NCBI GenBank assembly: GCA_964405405.1 | Contig: CAYONT010000002.1 | Span: forward strand, 77,907 to 141,906 | DNA from: an uncultured Comamonadaceae bacterium | GTDB lineage: Bacteria; Bacteroidota; Bacteroidia; Flavobacteriales_D; Sanyastnellaceae | DNA: 64,000 nucleotides | Direction: 5' to 3' | Shown here: positions 37,794 through 46,717 of the stretch, one piece after another | How positions within the stretch are numbered: the stretch's first letter is position 1 | Layout of the letters: every line of letters starts with the position of its first letter | Notes under the pieces: model-generated | The model's input: only the letters and a program-made list of their open reading frames with translations | Database searches by the model: none | What the model was told of the DNA's origin: nothing | Made by a program: the position numbers and the translations under genes

Positions 37794-38876
37794 TCAGGGC
37801 TGATCAAAATCCACCACAAAAGGACCAGCCCCCTCGGGACGGGACTGACAAGTCAGCACGTAACCTTGTTCCACCTCCCGTTGTTCCAATGCGTAATTGA
37901 TGGCCATTTTCGCCCCTCCGGATGTCATCTTCGCACGGCAGGTGCAACAAACGCCCCCCAAGCAACTGTAAGGAACATCCAGGCCTGCGTCGAGTGCTGC
38001 GTCCATGATGGTTTTGCCAGGCAAAACCTCCACTTGAGTAGTCAGTCCATCCAAGACAATGCTTACGGGAATGGCATCCCCACCAATCGAGGTCTTGCCT
38101 ACCTCCGGAGCCTTCCTTGAATCGGTCGGAGCAGCGGCCGTGAAAAGTTCAAACTGAACCTGCTCAGCGGAAACACCTTCTTGCTCCAAAGCCGCCTTGC
38201 AGTCCCAAATCATGGCTTCGGGTCCGCACAGAAAGAAACGATCGGTTCCAGCGACATCCCAAAAACCAGCACTGCGCAGCTTTTTTAGCCGATCCGCCTC
38301 TATCCTACCATGGAACAGGGGCGCTTCCACCGGCTCACGGGAGAGAAAAAAGTGCAGCGCGAACCGCCCAAGGTAGGTATCCTTGAGATCTTGCAATGCT
38401 TCTCGGAAAATGATGTGTTGGGTGTCTTGGTTCCCATAGAACAGCGTGAAGGTACTCTGTGGTTCCGAGGCGAGGGTCTCCTTGATCAATCCCAGCAAAG
38501 GGGTGATTCCAGAGCCAGCAGCAATGCCCACAAAATGCCGTTTGGATCCGGTAGCGGGTGGAAGGACAAACCGACCTTGGGGCGGCATGGCCTCCAATTG
38601 ATCCCCAACCTTCAAATCCCGGTTCGCGAACTGACTGAACTTCCCACCCGGAACGGCCTTGACGGCCACCCGCCAACCCCCTTCGTGCGGTGCGGAACAG
38701 AGCGAATAACTTCTGCGCACCTCTTCTCCACCGATGTGGGTGCGCAAGGTCAAGTATTGGCCTGCTTGGTAAGAAAAAGCATCCCGGGCTTCGGGGGCGG
38801 GGAGCAATTCCACCGAAACACAATCGGGGGTCTCCCGTTGGACATCCGAAACAATCAATGGGTAAAATGCGCTCAT
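37794..38876 (-). CDS. paaE: Phenylacetyl-CoA 1,2-epoxidase reductase subunit
   Basis: ORF trimmed to ATG 38876 ([16 protein letters not shown]...). RSYSLCS FAD-binding motif, GSGITP NAD-binding motif, and a C-terminal plant-type 2Fe-2S ferredoxin ([11 protein letters not shown]...C). Confidence 0.88.
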   Translation of the reverse strand: MSAFYPLIVSDVQRETPDCVSVELLPAPEARDAFSYQAGQYLTLRTHIGGEEVRRSYSLCSAPHEGGWRVAVKAVPGGKFSQFANRDLKVGDQLEAMPPQGRFVLPPATGSKRHFVGIAAGSGITPLLGLIKETLASEPQSTFTLFYGNQDTQHIIFREALQDLKDTYLGRFALHFFLSREPVEAPLFHGRIEADRLKKLRSAGFWDVAGTDRFFLCGPEAMIWDCKAALEQEGVSAEQVQFELFTAAAPTDSRKAPEVGKTSIGGDAIPVSIVLDGLTTQVEVLPGKTIMDAALDAGLDVPYSCLGGVCCTCRAKMTSGGAKMAINYALEQREVEQGYVLTCQSRPEGAGPFVVDFDQP

Positions 38877-38882
38877 GGCCGG

Positions 38883-38890
38883 CAAAATTA
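38883..38890 (-). promoter_or_regulatory. -7 promoter box TAATTTTG for paaE
   Basis: Perfect TAnnTTTG on the minus strand, 6 nt upstream of ATG 38876. Confidence 0.45.
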
Positions 38891-39003
38891 GGTCCTTTCC
38901 TCCCCTCCTGCCCGACACGGGGGATTTTCGTGCCCCTGGAATGCCCAAGTCATCTTCCTCAGGGTGCCGAAGCCGTATCTTTCGGCATCGAACGACCCGG
39001 AAA

Positions 39004-39957
39004 ATGGAAATGGACCTGAACGAACGCTTCGAAGCCTATGTGGCCGCCGACCAGAAAATCGAGCCGCGGGACTGGATGCCGGACACCTACCGCAAAACCT
39101 TGATTCGCCAGATCAGCCAGCATGCCCACAGCGAAATCGTGGGGATGTTGCCGGAAGGGAATTGGATCACACGTGCCCCGAGCCTCATGCGCAAGGCCAT
39201 CTTGCTGGCCAAGGTCCAGGATGAAGCGGGGCATGGACTCTATCTCTACTCTGCGGCAGAAACGCTGGGCGTGAATCGGGACACGCTGTTGGACGAATTG
39301 CACACCGGCAAGGCGAAGTACAGCAGCATATTCAACTACCCCACGTTGACCTGGGCGGATGTAGGAGCCATCGGTTGGCTGGTCGATGGTGCTGCAATCA
39401 TGAACCAAGTCCCCCTGTGCAAGTGCAGTTATGGCCCCTATGCCCGCGCCATGGTGCGGGTGTGCAAGGAGGAGAGCTTTCATCAGCGCCAAGGGTTTCA
39501 AATCATGTTGCGGCTCAGTGAGGGAACCCCTGCTCAGAAGGCGATGGCCCAAGATGCACTCAACAGATGGTGGTGGCCGTCTCTGATGATGTTTGGCCCG
39601 GCAGATGATCATTCGCCACACAGCGCCCAGTCCATGCGCTGGCGCATCAAACGATTCTCGAACGACGACCTGCGTCAGCGGTTCGTGGACATGACCGTTC
39701 CACAGGCAGAATTGTTGGGGCTGACGGTACCAGACCCCGACCTGCATTGGAATGAAAATCGTGGGCATTACGACTTTGGCGCCATCGATTGGGAGGAGTT
39801 CAACAATGTGATTGCGGGCAATGGACCCTGCAACCGCGAACGTCTAGAAGCCAGGAAGAACGCCCACGATTCCGGAGCCTGGGTGCGGGCAGCTGCATCC
39901 GCCCACGCTGAAAAAGTGCGCCAACGGTCCGCATCCACCACGCACCAAGCCGCCTGA
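39004..39957 (+). CDS. paaA: Phenylacetyl-CoA 1,2-epoxidase catalytic subunit
   Basis: ORF 38875..39957 trimmed to ATG 39004. Di-iron ligand regions [11 protein letters not shown] and [11 protein letters not shown]...EESFHQRQG. Confidence 0.92.
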   Translation: MEMDLNERFEAYVAADQKIEPRDWMPDTYRKTLIRQISQHAHSEIVGMLPEGNWITRAPSLMRKAILLAKVQDEAGHGLYLYSAAETLGVNRDTLLDELHTGKAKYSSIFNYPTLTWADVGAIGWLVDGAAIMNQVPLCKCSYGPYARAMVRVCKEESFHQRQGFQIMLRLSEGTPAQKAMAQDALNRWWWPSLMMFGPADDHSPHSAQSMRWRIKRFSNDDLRQRFVDMTVPQAELLGLTVPDPDLHWNENRGHYDFGAIDWEEFNNVIAGNGPCNRERLEARKNAHDSGAWVRAAASAHAEKVRQRSASTTHQAA

Positions 39958-39961
39958 AACC

Positions 39962-40255
39962 ATGGCCACACAACCCACCGACTGGCCCCTCTGGGAAATC
40001 TTCGTTCGCAGCCGTCAAGGGCTAGGACACCGACATGTTGGGAGTCTGCACGCTGCTGACGCTGCCATGGCCATTCAGAATGCCCGGGATGTCTACACGC
40101 GGCGCCAAGAAGGCGTGAGCATCTGGGTGGTCCCCGCAGAGCAAATTGTTGCCTCCGCTCCCGGGGACAAGGACGTACTTTTTGATCCAGCCGACGACAA
40201 AATCTACCGCCATCCCACCTTCTACGAGTTGCCGGATGCCGTCAAGCACATGTGA
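39962..40255 (+). CDS. paaB: Phenylacetyl-CoA 1,2-epoxidase subunit B
   Basis: 97 aa. The stretch WPLWEIFVRSRQGLGHRHVGSLHAADAAMAIQNARDVYTRR is the PaaB signature. Located between paaA and paaC. Confidence 0.9.
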   Translation: MATQPTDWPLWEIFVRSRQGLGHRHVGSLHAADAAMAIQNARDVYTRRQEGVSIWVVPAEQIVASAPGDKDVLFDPADDKIYRHPTFYELPDAVKHM

Positions 40256-41016
40256 CCGTGACCCAAGAACAGCACTTCGCTTTCCTCCTCCATTTGGGAG
40301 ATGACGCCTTGATTCTCGGACAGCGCTTGGGGGCATGGTGTGGACATGGCCCGATTCTAGAAGAAGACATTGCGCTCACCAACTTGGCCTTGGATTGCAT
40401 CGGGCAGGCCCGGGCTTTGCTGACACGGGCGGGACAGGTGGAGGGCAAGGGAAGGACAGAGGATGATTTGGCCTACTTCAGGGAGGAACGTGAATTTCGG
40501 AATCATCTGCTGCTGGAGCTGCCGAACGGCGATTTTGGCGACACCCTGGTGCGGCACCTGCTCTACAGCACCTTCGCCTACCACCGCATGGTTCATTTTG
40601 CAGGCCAAACTTTCGACCAACCGCTCGCCGAAATCGCTGCGCGCGCTGTGAAGGAATTGGCCTACCACAAAGCCCATGCCGCTGATTGGGTAATTCGGCT
40701 AGGCGATGGTACGCCTGAAAGCCATGACCGGGTGCAATCCAGTCTCCTGCGGCTGTGGCCCTACACCGGCGAACTGTTCCTCCCCCATCCGGTCGATGCT
40801 GCAGCGGCGGAAGTCGGGCTTCTGCCCGCCACCTCGGTCCTCCAGGAAGCCTGGAATGCAGAGGTCAACGCTGTGCTGGAGACCGCCACCCTGCAGCGTC
40901 CTGCCGATGGCTGGATGCACCGCGGCGGCAAAGACGGCGTGCACACGGAGCACATGGGTTACCTGCTCGCAGAAATGCAGTCCATCGCCCGCAGCCACCC
41001 GGGAGCTACATGGTGA
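40252..41016 (+). CDS. paaC: Phenylacetyl-CoA 1,2-epoxidase structural subunit C
   Basis: 254 aa with a GTG start overlapping the paaB stop. Ferritin-like helical protein (LLHLGDDALILGQRLGAWCGHGPILEEDIALTNLALD) in the canonical gene order. Confidence 0.88.
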   Translation: MTVTQEQHFAFLLHLGDDALILGQRLGAWCGHGPILEEDIALTNLALDCIGQARALLTRAGQVEGKGRTEDDLAYFREEREFRNHLLLELPNGDFGDTLVRHLLYSTFAYHRMVHFAGQTFDQPLAEIAARAVKELAYHKAHAADWVIRLGDGTPESHDRVQSSLLRLWPYTGELFLPHPVDAAAAEVGLLPATSVLQEAWNAEVNAVLETATLQRPADGWMHRGGKDGVHTEHMGYLLAEMQSIARSHPGATW

Positions 41017-41534
41017 AAGATGCGAGCGACGTGAGCGCAGAAGCCCGAGAAACGGAGCGCCTCGATCGCATTTGGCAGCGCTTGAAATCCATTCCCGATC
41101 CGGAACTTCCCTTTCTCAATGTGGTGGAATTGGGCATGGTGCCTAGGGTTTTCATGGAATCGGGCGAGCCAGTGGTTGAAGTCATGCCCACCTATACGGG
41201 TTGTCCAGCCACCGATGTCATCCTGCAGGATGTGCGCAGCCTTCTTGCGAAAATCGAGCCGCTAGGCAAGGTTCAACTGGTACTCACCCCCCCCTGGACC
41301 ACCGACGTTCTCACAGAGGCCGCCAAAGAAAAAATGCGGGCCCATGGAATTGCCCCTCCGGAAAGTGGACAGGCTGATCGCGCCTTTCTCCTTGGAAAAA
41401 ACCGTCAAGTCGCCTGTCCACGTTGTCGGTCTTTGGAAACCACCCTGGTCAGCGCCTTCGGTTCCACTGCTTGCAAGGCGCACTACCGGTGCAATGCTTG
41501 TCAGGAACCCTTCGACCACTTCAAGTGTATTTGA
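41010..41534 (+). CDS. paaD: Phenylacetate-CoA oxygenase subunit PaaD (PaaJ in older nomenclature; Fe-S assembly SufT/DUF59-like plus C-terminal zinc ribbon)
   Basis: ORF 40755..41534 trimmed to ATG 41010 (ATGGTGA overlap with the paaC stop). IPDPELPFLNVVELGMV is the DUF59 motif. The C-terminus carries CPRC...CNAC. Confidence 0.85.
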   Translation: MVKDASDVSAEARETERLDRIWQRLKSIPDPELPFLNVVELGMVPRVFMESGEPVVEVMPTYTGCPATDVILQDVRSLLAKIEPLGKVQLVLTPPWTTDVLTEAAKEKMRAHGIAPPESGQADRAFLLGKNRQVACPRCRSLETTLVSAFGSTACKAHYRCNACQEPFDHFKCI

Positions 41535-43287
41535 ACTGCTTCTCGTAGAGGGTTCGATAAGGTCCGGCTTCAGCAACCAAGGCATCGTGGTTGCCGGACT
41601 GGACGATGGCACCCTGCTCGACGACAAAGATCCGGCTCGCATGCCGAATGGTGCTCAGCCGGTGCGCGACCAACAGCGAGGTGCGGCCTGAGGTCATTTC
41701 CTCTGTGGCCCGCTGGACCAACCGTTCACTCTCGCTGTCGATGGATGACGTTGCTTCGTCCAGCACCAAGATGCTGGGTTGCTGGATTTGGGCGCGCATG
41801 AAGGCGATCAGTTGCCGTTGACCCACCGACAAAATGGCACCCCGTTCCCGGACATCTTGGTTCCATCCGTCCGGAAGCTTGCGCAACCAATCCCCCACCC
41901 CGAGCGCGTTCGTAGCCGCATCCAGTTGCGCATCGCTCACCGTGGCATCATGCAAAGTCACATTGTCGCGCAACGTTCCTGAGAACAGAAACACGTCCTG
42001 CATCACCACACCAATTTGCTTCCGCAAATCCCCGAGATCCCAGTCGCGGATGTCCCTTCCATCAATGGTAATCCGACCCTTTTGGATGTCGTAGAATCGG
42101 GTCAGCAAGTGCACAATCGAAGACTTGCCAGCCCCCGTGGCCCCTACCAAAGCGATGCACTCCCCCGGTTGAATGTGGAAACTCAAGTCCCTGAGCACCC
42201 AGTCCTCATCTTGGTATGCAAACCAAACCCCCTCAAACTGAATCTCTCCCCGGAAGGGCTCGGACGCCCGAATGCCTCTATCCTCCGCCGGAAACTCATC
42301 CCAATGCAACAACTTGAACACCCGCTCCGAATTCACGATGCCCATCTGCAAAACATTGAACCGGTCCGCCAATTGTCGGATGGGACGGTACAACATGAAC
42401 ACATAGAGCATAAACTGCAGCAGCGCGCCCAAGGTCATGCGCTCTGAAATGACATCGTTCAGCCCCCACCAAAGCAGCAATGCAACGCTGATGGCGGAAA
42501 GCAATTCCACAACGGGAAAGAAAACACTGAAAGCCCAGATGGAGTGAATGTTCGCGTCCCGGTGGGCCGCATTGATGGCCGCAAACTTCTCCGCTTCCCG
42601 CCGCTCCCGGCCGAAGGACTGGACCACCCCCATGCCGGTAACATGCTCCTGCACGAATTCATTCATCCGTGCCACCGCATTTCGAACATCCACAAAGGCC
42701 TTCTTGATGTGGCGTTGAAACACACGGGTCGCCCAGACCAGCAAGGGTATGGGCAACAACGCCCACAAAGTCCATTCCCAGTCCATCCAAAACATGGCGC
42801 AAACCACCACCACCAGGGCCAGCAAATCGCCCACCGCGTTCAAGATGCCATTGGAGAAGACATCCGCGATGCCATCGATGTCTCCAATGTGACGCGTCAC
42901 CAAGGTCCCCACGGGGGTTCGGTCAAAATACCCCACCCGGAACCGCAAAACTCTGGAAAACAACTTGCTCCGCAAATCCAAGCTGACCGATTGGGCCACC
43001 CAATTCGCCAAGTAAGCGATGCGGTACTGTAAAAATGCCTCCACCAACAGCACGCCCACCACTGCCAAGCAGATCCAAAGCAATCCGATGGCATCGCCTT
43101 CCGCCATCTCCACATCCAGCGCACGGCGAATCAGCGCAGGCCTGATCCAAATCATTCCTGACACAACCAAAACCCACCAACCGGTCCACAGAAACCTCCG
43201 GCGGTAGGGCTTCACCTCCTTCAACAGCGTCCACAAAAGCGCACGATCAAACAACCTTCCGGCTGTGGGTTGTCGGGAATCGGCCAT
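41521..43287 (-). CDS. ABC exporter, fused permease/ATPase (type I, MsbA-like)
   Basis: 588 aa. A six-helix N-terminal TMD, then an NBD with Walker A GATGAGKSS, signature LSVGQRQ, and Walker B ILVLDEATS. Confidence 0.9.
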   Translation of the reverse strand: MADSRQPTAGRLFDRALLWTLLKEVKPYRRRFLWTGWWVLVVSGMIWIRPALIRRALDVEMAEGDAIGLLWICLAVVGVLLVEAFLQYRIAYLANWVAQSVSLDLRSKLFSRVLRFRVGYFDRTPVGTLVTRHIGDIDGIADVFSNGILNAVGDLLALVVVVCAMFWMDWEWTLWALLPIPLLVWATRVFQRHIKKAFVDVRNAVARMNEFVQEHVTGMGVVQSFGRERREAEKFAAINAAHRDANIHSIWAFSVFFPVVELLSAISVALLLWWGLNDVISERMTLGALLQFMLYVFMLYRPIRQLADRFNVLQMGIVNSERVFKLLHWDEFPAEDRGIRASEPFRGEIQFEGVWFAYQDEDWVLRDLSFHIQPGECIALVGATGAGKSSIVHLLTRFYDIQKGRITIDGRDIRDWDLGDLRKQIGVVMQDVFLFSGTLRDNVTLHDATVSDAQLDAATNALGVGDWLRKLPDGWNQDVRERGAILSVGQRQLIAFMRAQIQQPSILVLDEATSSIDSESERLVQRATEEMTSGRTSLLVAHRLSTIRHASRIFVVEQGAIVQSGNHDALVAEAGPYRTLYEKQFKYT

Positions 43288-43296
43288 GTTGCAAAG

Positions 43297-44100
43297 TTAG
43301 TCCCTCTCGACCCATGCCTGCCGAGCAAACCGGTCCCAGTCTGCAGGCCAAATCTCATCCGGGTACACGACATCGGCCAGATACAACCCACAAGCAGGCG
43401 CAGATTTGCCTGCCAGGGTTCGATCGCAGGATGCCAGCAAGGCAGGCATGTCCTCTGGCTGTCGTCGACCCGAATTCACCTCCAGCAACGTCCCGACTAT
43501 GGCCCGAACCATGTTCCGCAGAAACCGATTCGCCGTCAAAACAACCTCCACCCGATGGGGCCCCACCCGCGTCACTTCTACCCGATGGAGGTCACACCAA
43601 GTTGTCGCATGGGGATCCGTTCCCGACTTGCAAAAGCATGCAAAATCCCGTGTTCCCAACAGAAAGTCTGCCGCAGTTTGCATGCGCTGCACATCCAGCG
43701 GCCGGTAGACCCGAACCGACTTCCCTTGCAAAAAAACATCCTTCGCCTCATGCAAACGGTAGACATAGGTGCGCTCGCGTGCGGAAAACCTCGCGTGGGC
43801 TTGGCCAGAAACGGGAACCACTGCCGCCACTGCAATCGACGGAGGGAGCATGCCATTGATCCTTCGGAGTCCATCTTCCCAACCCCTTTCGGCACAGGTC
43901 TCCGGCAGATCCGTATGGGCCACAAAATAGGATGCGTGCACCCCACTGTCCGTACGGCCACACCCAACCACCCCCACACGAACCCCTGCCCAACGGGATA
44001 AGACATCTTCCAAAACGGACTGCACCGATGCAGCCTGCGGTTGGCGTTGCCAACCACAGAAATCCGTGCCGTCAAATTGCAACTCCAGGAAGACCCGCAC
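43297..44100 (-). CDS. truA: tRNA pseudouridine(38-40) synthase
   Basis: 267 aa with a GTG start. MRVFLELQFDGTDFCGWQRQP and the catalytic-Asp block GCGRTDSGVHA. Confidence 0.9.
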   Translation of the reverse strand: MRVFLELQFDGTDFCGWQRQPQAASVQSVLEDVLSRWAGVRVGVVGCGRTDSGVHASYFVAHTDLPETCAERGWEDGLRRINGMLPPSIAVAAVVPVSGQAHARFSARERTYVYRLHEAKDVFLQGKSVRVYRPLDVQRMQTAADFLLGTRDFACFCKSGTDPHATTWCDLHRVEVTRVGPHRVEVVLTANRFLRNMVRAIVGTLLEVNSGRRQPEDMPALLASCDRTLAGKSAPACGLYLADVVYPDEIWPADWDRFARQAWVERD

Positions 44101-44118
44101 TGCAGGGCAAGCTCAGCA

Positions 44119-45405
44119 TCAAGCCCAAGAAGCGATGGACTCGCTCTTGTAGGCCCCTGCCAGAAGTTTGTCCTTCACTGTGGTGAAGGTTTCGATGGTG
44201 TACGCCACGTCTTCTAGCGTATGAACCGCGGTGGGGATGAGACGCAACATGATCACATCCTTCGGCACAACGGGGTACACGACGATGGAACAGAAAATGC
44301 CATGGTTCTCCCGCAAATCCAAGGTCAAATTCGTGGCTTCGCCCAAGCCGCCCGACAGGAAAACGGGAGTGACACAAGAATTGGTGTGCCCAATATTGAA
44401 TCCCGCAGCACGGAGTCCCGATTGCAAGGCCCGAACATTTTCCCAAAGTTTCGCCATGTGTTCCGGCTGGGTGCGCATCATCTCGAGTCGCTTCATCGCG
44501 CCGATGACGATGGGCATGGGAAGTGCTTTGGCAAAAGTCTGGGAGCGCATGTTGTAACGCAAGTACTCAATTACATCCTCCTCCCCCGCTACAAAAGCAC
44601 CGACGGTGGCCATGGACTTGGCAAACGTGCCGAAGTAGATGTCTACTTCGTGTTGCACCCCCTGGAAATCGGCCGCCCCACGGCCGTGTTCACCGATGGT
44701 ACCGAAGCCGTGCGCATCGTCTACGAACAATCGGAACGGAATCTTCTTCTTGAATGCTGCGATTTCAGCCAATTTCCCTTGGTCCCCGGCCATGCCGAAA
44801 ACCCCCTCGGTCGCCACCAAAATACCGCCGCCTGAAACATCCGTGAGGGCCTTCGCGCGTTCCAACTGCTTCGCGAAGCTCTCCATGTCGTTGTGCTGAA
44901 ATACGAAGCGCTTTCCCTGGTGCAATCGAACGCCGTCCACCATGCAAGCATGGGACTCGCTGTCGTATACGATGACATCATGCCGGGTCACCAACGCCTC
45001 GATGGCGGACATGCAACCTTGGTAACCGTAGTTGAGCAGGAAGGCATCCTCCTTCTGCATGAAGTCCGCCAGTTGGGCTTCGAGGGCCTCGTGTTGCGAA
45101 GTTTGGCCTGACATCATCCGTGCACCCATGGGATAGGCCATCCCCCAATCTGCCGCTGCTTGCGCGTCCACTGCCCGGACATCCGGGTGGTTCGCAAACC
45201 CCAAGTAGTTGTTGATAGACCAAACCAGCACATCCTTGCCGCGAAAGGTCATCCGGTTCGAAATAGGGCCCTCCAACTTCGGAAAGGTGAAGTAACCGTG
45301 GCTCTCCCGGGCGTGCTGTCCCAAGGGACCCCGGTCTTTGCGAATGCGTTCAAAAATGTCCAAGACAGTTGTATTTGAGGGCACAAAGATAGCCGGGGCA
45401 TCCAT
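44119..45405 (-). CDS. Alpha-oxoamine synthase family PLP enzyme (Kbl/BioF/serine-palmitoyltransferase-like acyl-CoA:amino acid C-acyltransferase)
   Basis: 428 aa. NNYLGFANHPDV, DDAHGFG, and the PLP-lysine context GTFAKSMATVGAF. It has a long N-terminal extension (IFERIRKDRGPLGQHARESHGYFTFPKLEGPI) that, as I recall, is common in Bacteroidota homologs. Substrate cannot be assigned from the sequence alone. Confidence 0.8.
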   Translation of the reverse strand: MDAPAIFVPSNTTVLDIFERIRKDRGPLGQHARESHGYFTFPKLEGPISNRMTFRGKDVLVWSINNYLGFANHPDVRAVDAQAAADWGMAYPMGARMMSGQTSQHEALEAQLADFMQKEDAFLLNYGYQGCMSAIEALVTRHDVIVYDSESHACMVDGVRLHQGKRFVFQHNDMESFAKQLERAKALTDVSGGGILVATEGVFGMAGDQGKLAEIAAFKKKIPFRLFVDDAHGFGTIGEHGRGAADFQGVQHEVDIYFGTFAKSMATVGAFVAGEEDVIEYLRYNMRSQTFAKALPMPIVIGAMKRLEMMRTQPEHMAKLWENVRALQSGLRAAGFNIGHTNSCVTPVFLSGGLGEATNLTLDLRENHGIFCSIVVYPVVPKDVIMLRLIPTAVHTLEDVAYTIETFTTVKDKLLAGAYKSESIASWA

Positions 45406-45515
45406 CCGCGGGTGGCGGTTGTGCGTATCTTATGCCAAATGTTATCAAATGCGCACGAAAGCGGGCTGCCGGGCATCGCATTGTGGGAGGAGCCGACCTA
45501 ACTTCGCCCCGCTAC

Positions 45516-46349
45516 ATGATGACCGAGCGCAGCTACCTACTTTTCGCGATGTCCCTGGCTTTGGCCGGGATTCTATTGGGTTGCAACCCATACAATGAGG
45601 TGCTGAAGAGTCCCGACTTGGAGTACAAATACACGCGAGCCGTCGGTTTCGTGGATTCCAACGCATGCTACGGCGCACTGCCGATTTTGGAGGAGCTGGC
45701 GGGCCTGACCCGGGGTACAGAGCGTGGGCGAGACGTTCAATTTCAACTGGGACGAGCTCATTTTTGCGTAGGTGACTACTACCTCGCCCGGTATCACCTC
45801 CGTCAGTTTTCAAAAACTTTTCCTTCGGATGCGCGGGCTGAGGAAGCCCAGTTCCAAGCCGCCATTTGCAGTTACCGTTTGAGCCCTTCAGCTGCCTTAG
45901 ACCAATCGGAAACCAAGGCTGCCATGGAGGAATTCCAGTTGTTCTTGGACCGTTTCCCGTCGAGCGCCTATCGAGATTCCAGTCAGAAAATGGTGGATGA
46001 CTTGCTGGCCAAACTGCAACGCAAGTCCTTTGACAACGCAGCGCTTTACCACCGAACCCAGCAGTACCACAGCGCCACCATCGCCTTGCGCAATGCACTC
46101 AAGGAGCACCCTGACACCCCTTATCGGGAAGAAATCCAGTGGTTGATCCTCGACAGCCACTTCCAATATGCTCGCCAAAGCACCGAGCGGAGGAAATTGG
46201 AACGATACAACGAAGCATTAGATGCTTTTCTTACCTTTGCTGCCCGGTTTCCGCAAAGCCTCAGGCTTCCAGATGCCCAGCGCATCCAAAAGTCTTGCCT
46301 GGCGGAGATGGAACGACTGACTGCTACCCCTCCACCCTCTACGCCATGA
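45516..46349 (+). CDS. bamD: Outer membrane protein assembly factor BamD (YfiO-like TPR lipoprotein)
   Basis: ORF trimmed to ATG 45516. Signal peptide with lipobox ILLGC, TPR-like helices, and the conserved position upstream of rpoZ-coaBC in Bacteroidota. Confidence 0.8.
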   Translation: MMTERSYLLFAMSLALAGILLGCNPYNEVLKSPDLEYKYTRAVGFVDSNACYGALPILEELAGLTRGTERGRDVQFQLGRAHFCVGDYYLARYHLRQFSKTFPSDARAEEAQFQAAICSYRLSPSAALDQSETKAAMEEFQLFLDRFPSSAYRDSSQKMVDDLLAKLQRKSFDNAALYHRTQQYHSATIALRNALKEHPDTPYREEIQWLILDSHFQYARQSTERRKLERYNEALDAFLTFAARFPQSLRLPDAQRIQKSCLAEMERLTATPPPSTP

Positions 46350-46717
46350 ATTTCAAAAGCATCAAAGCCGAGAAGACGACCGAGACGCGCGACAACCACA
46401 ATTTGGAGTTGTGTGGAACGGGCAACTTGTTCGAAACGATTGTTGTTCTGAGCCAGCGGAGCAACCAGATTGCGGTTGAGTTGAAAGAGGAGTTGTCGAA
46501 AAAGTTGGAGGAATTCATCGCCCCTACTGACTCCCTGGACGAGGTCTTCGAAAACCGGGAGCAAATTGAAATTTCGCGGTTCTACGAGCGGCTTCCGAAA
46601 CCCCACAGCATCGCGATTGCCGAACTGCGTCAGAATCGCCTGCAGATTGAGGCGCAAGAGCTCGGGGCTGCAGCCGTGTCTCCTGGGAAGGAGCACACCC
46701 CCGCGTCAATCGCCTGA
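46346..46717 (+). CDS. rpoZ: DNA-directed RNA polymerase subunit omega (Bacteroidota type)
   Basis: Internal ATG 46346 of ORF 46139..46717, overlapping the bamD stop as ATGA. GNLFETIVVLSQRSNQIAVELKEEL...EVFENREQIEISRFYERLPKPHSIAIAEL matches the omega family as seen in Flavobacteria. Located between bamD and coaBC. Confidence 0.7.
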   Translation: MNFKSIKAEKTTETRDNHNLELCGTGNLFETIVVLSQRSNQIAVELKEELSKKLEEFIAPTDSLDEVFENREQIEISRFYERLPKPHSIAIAELRQNRLQIEAQELGAAAVSPGKEHTPASIA

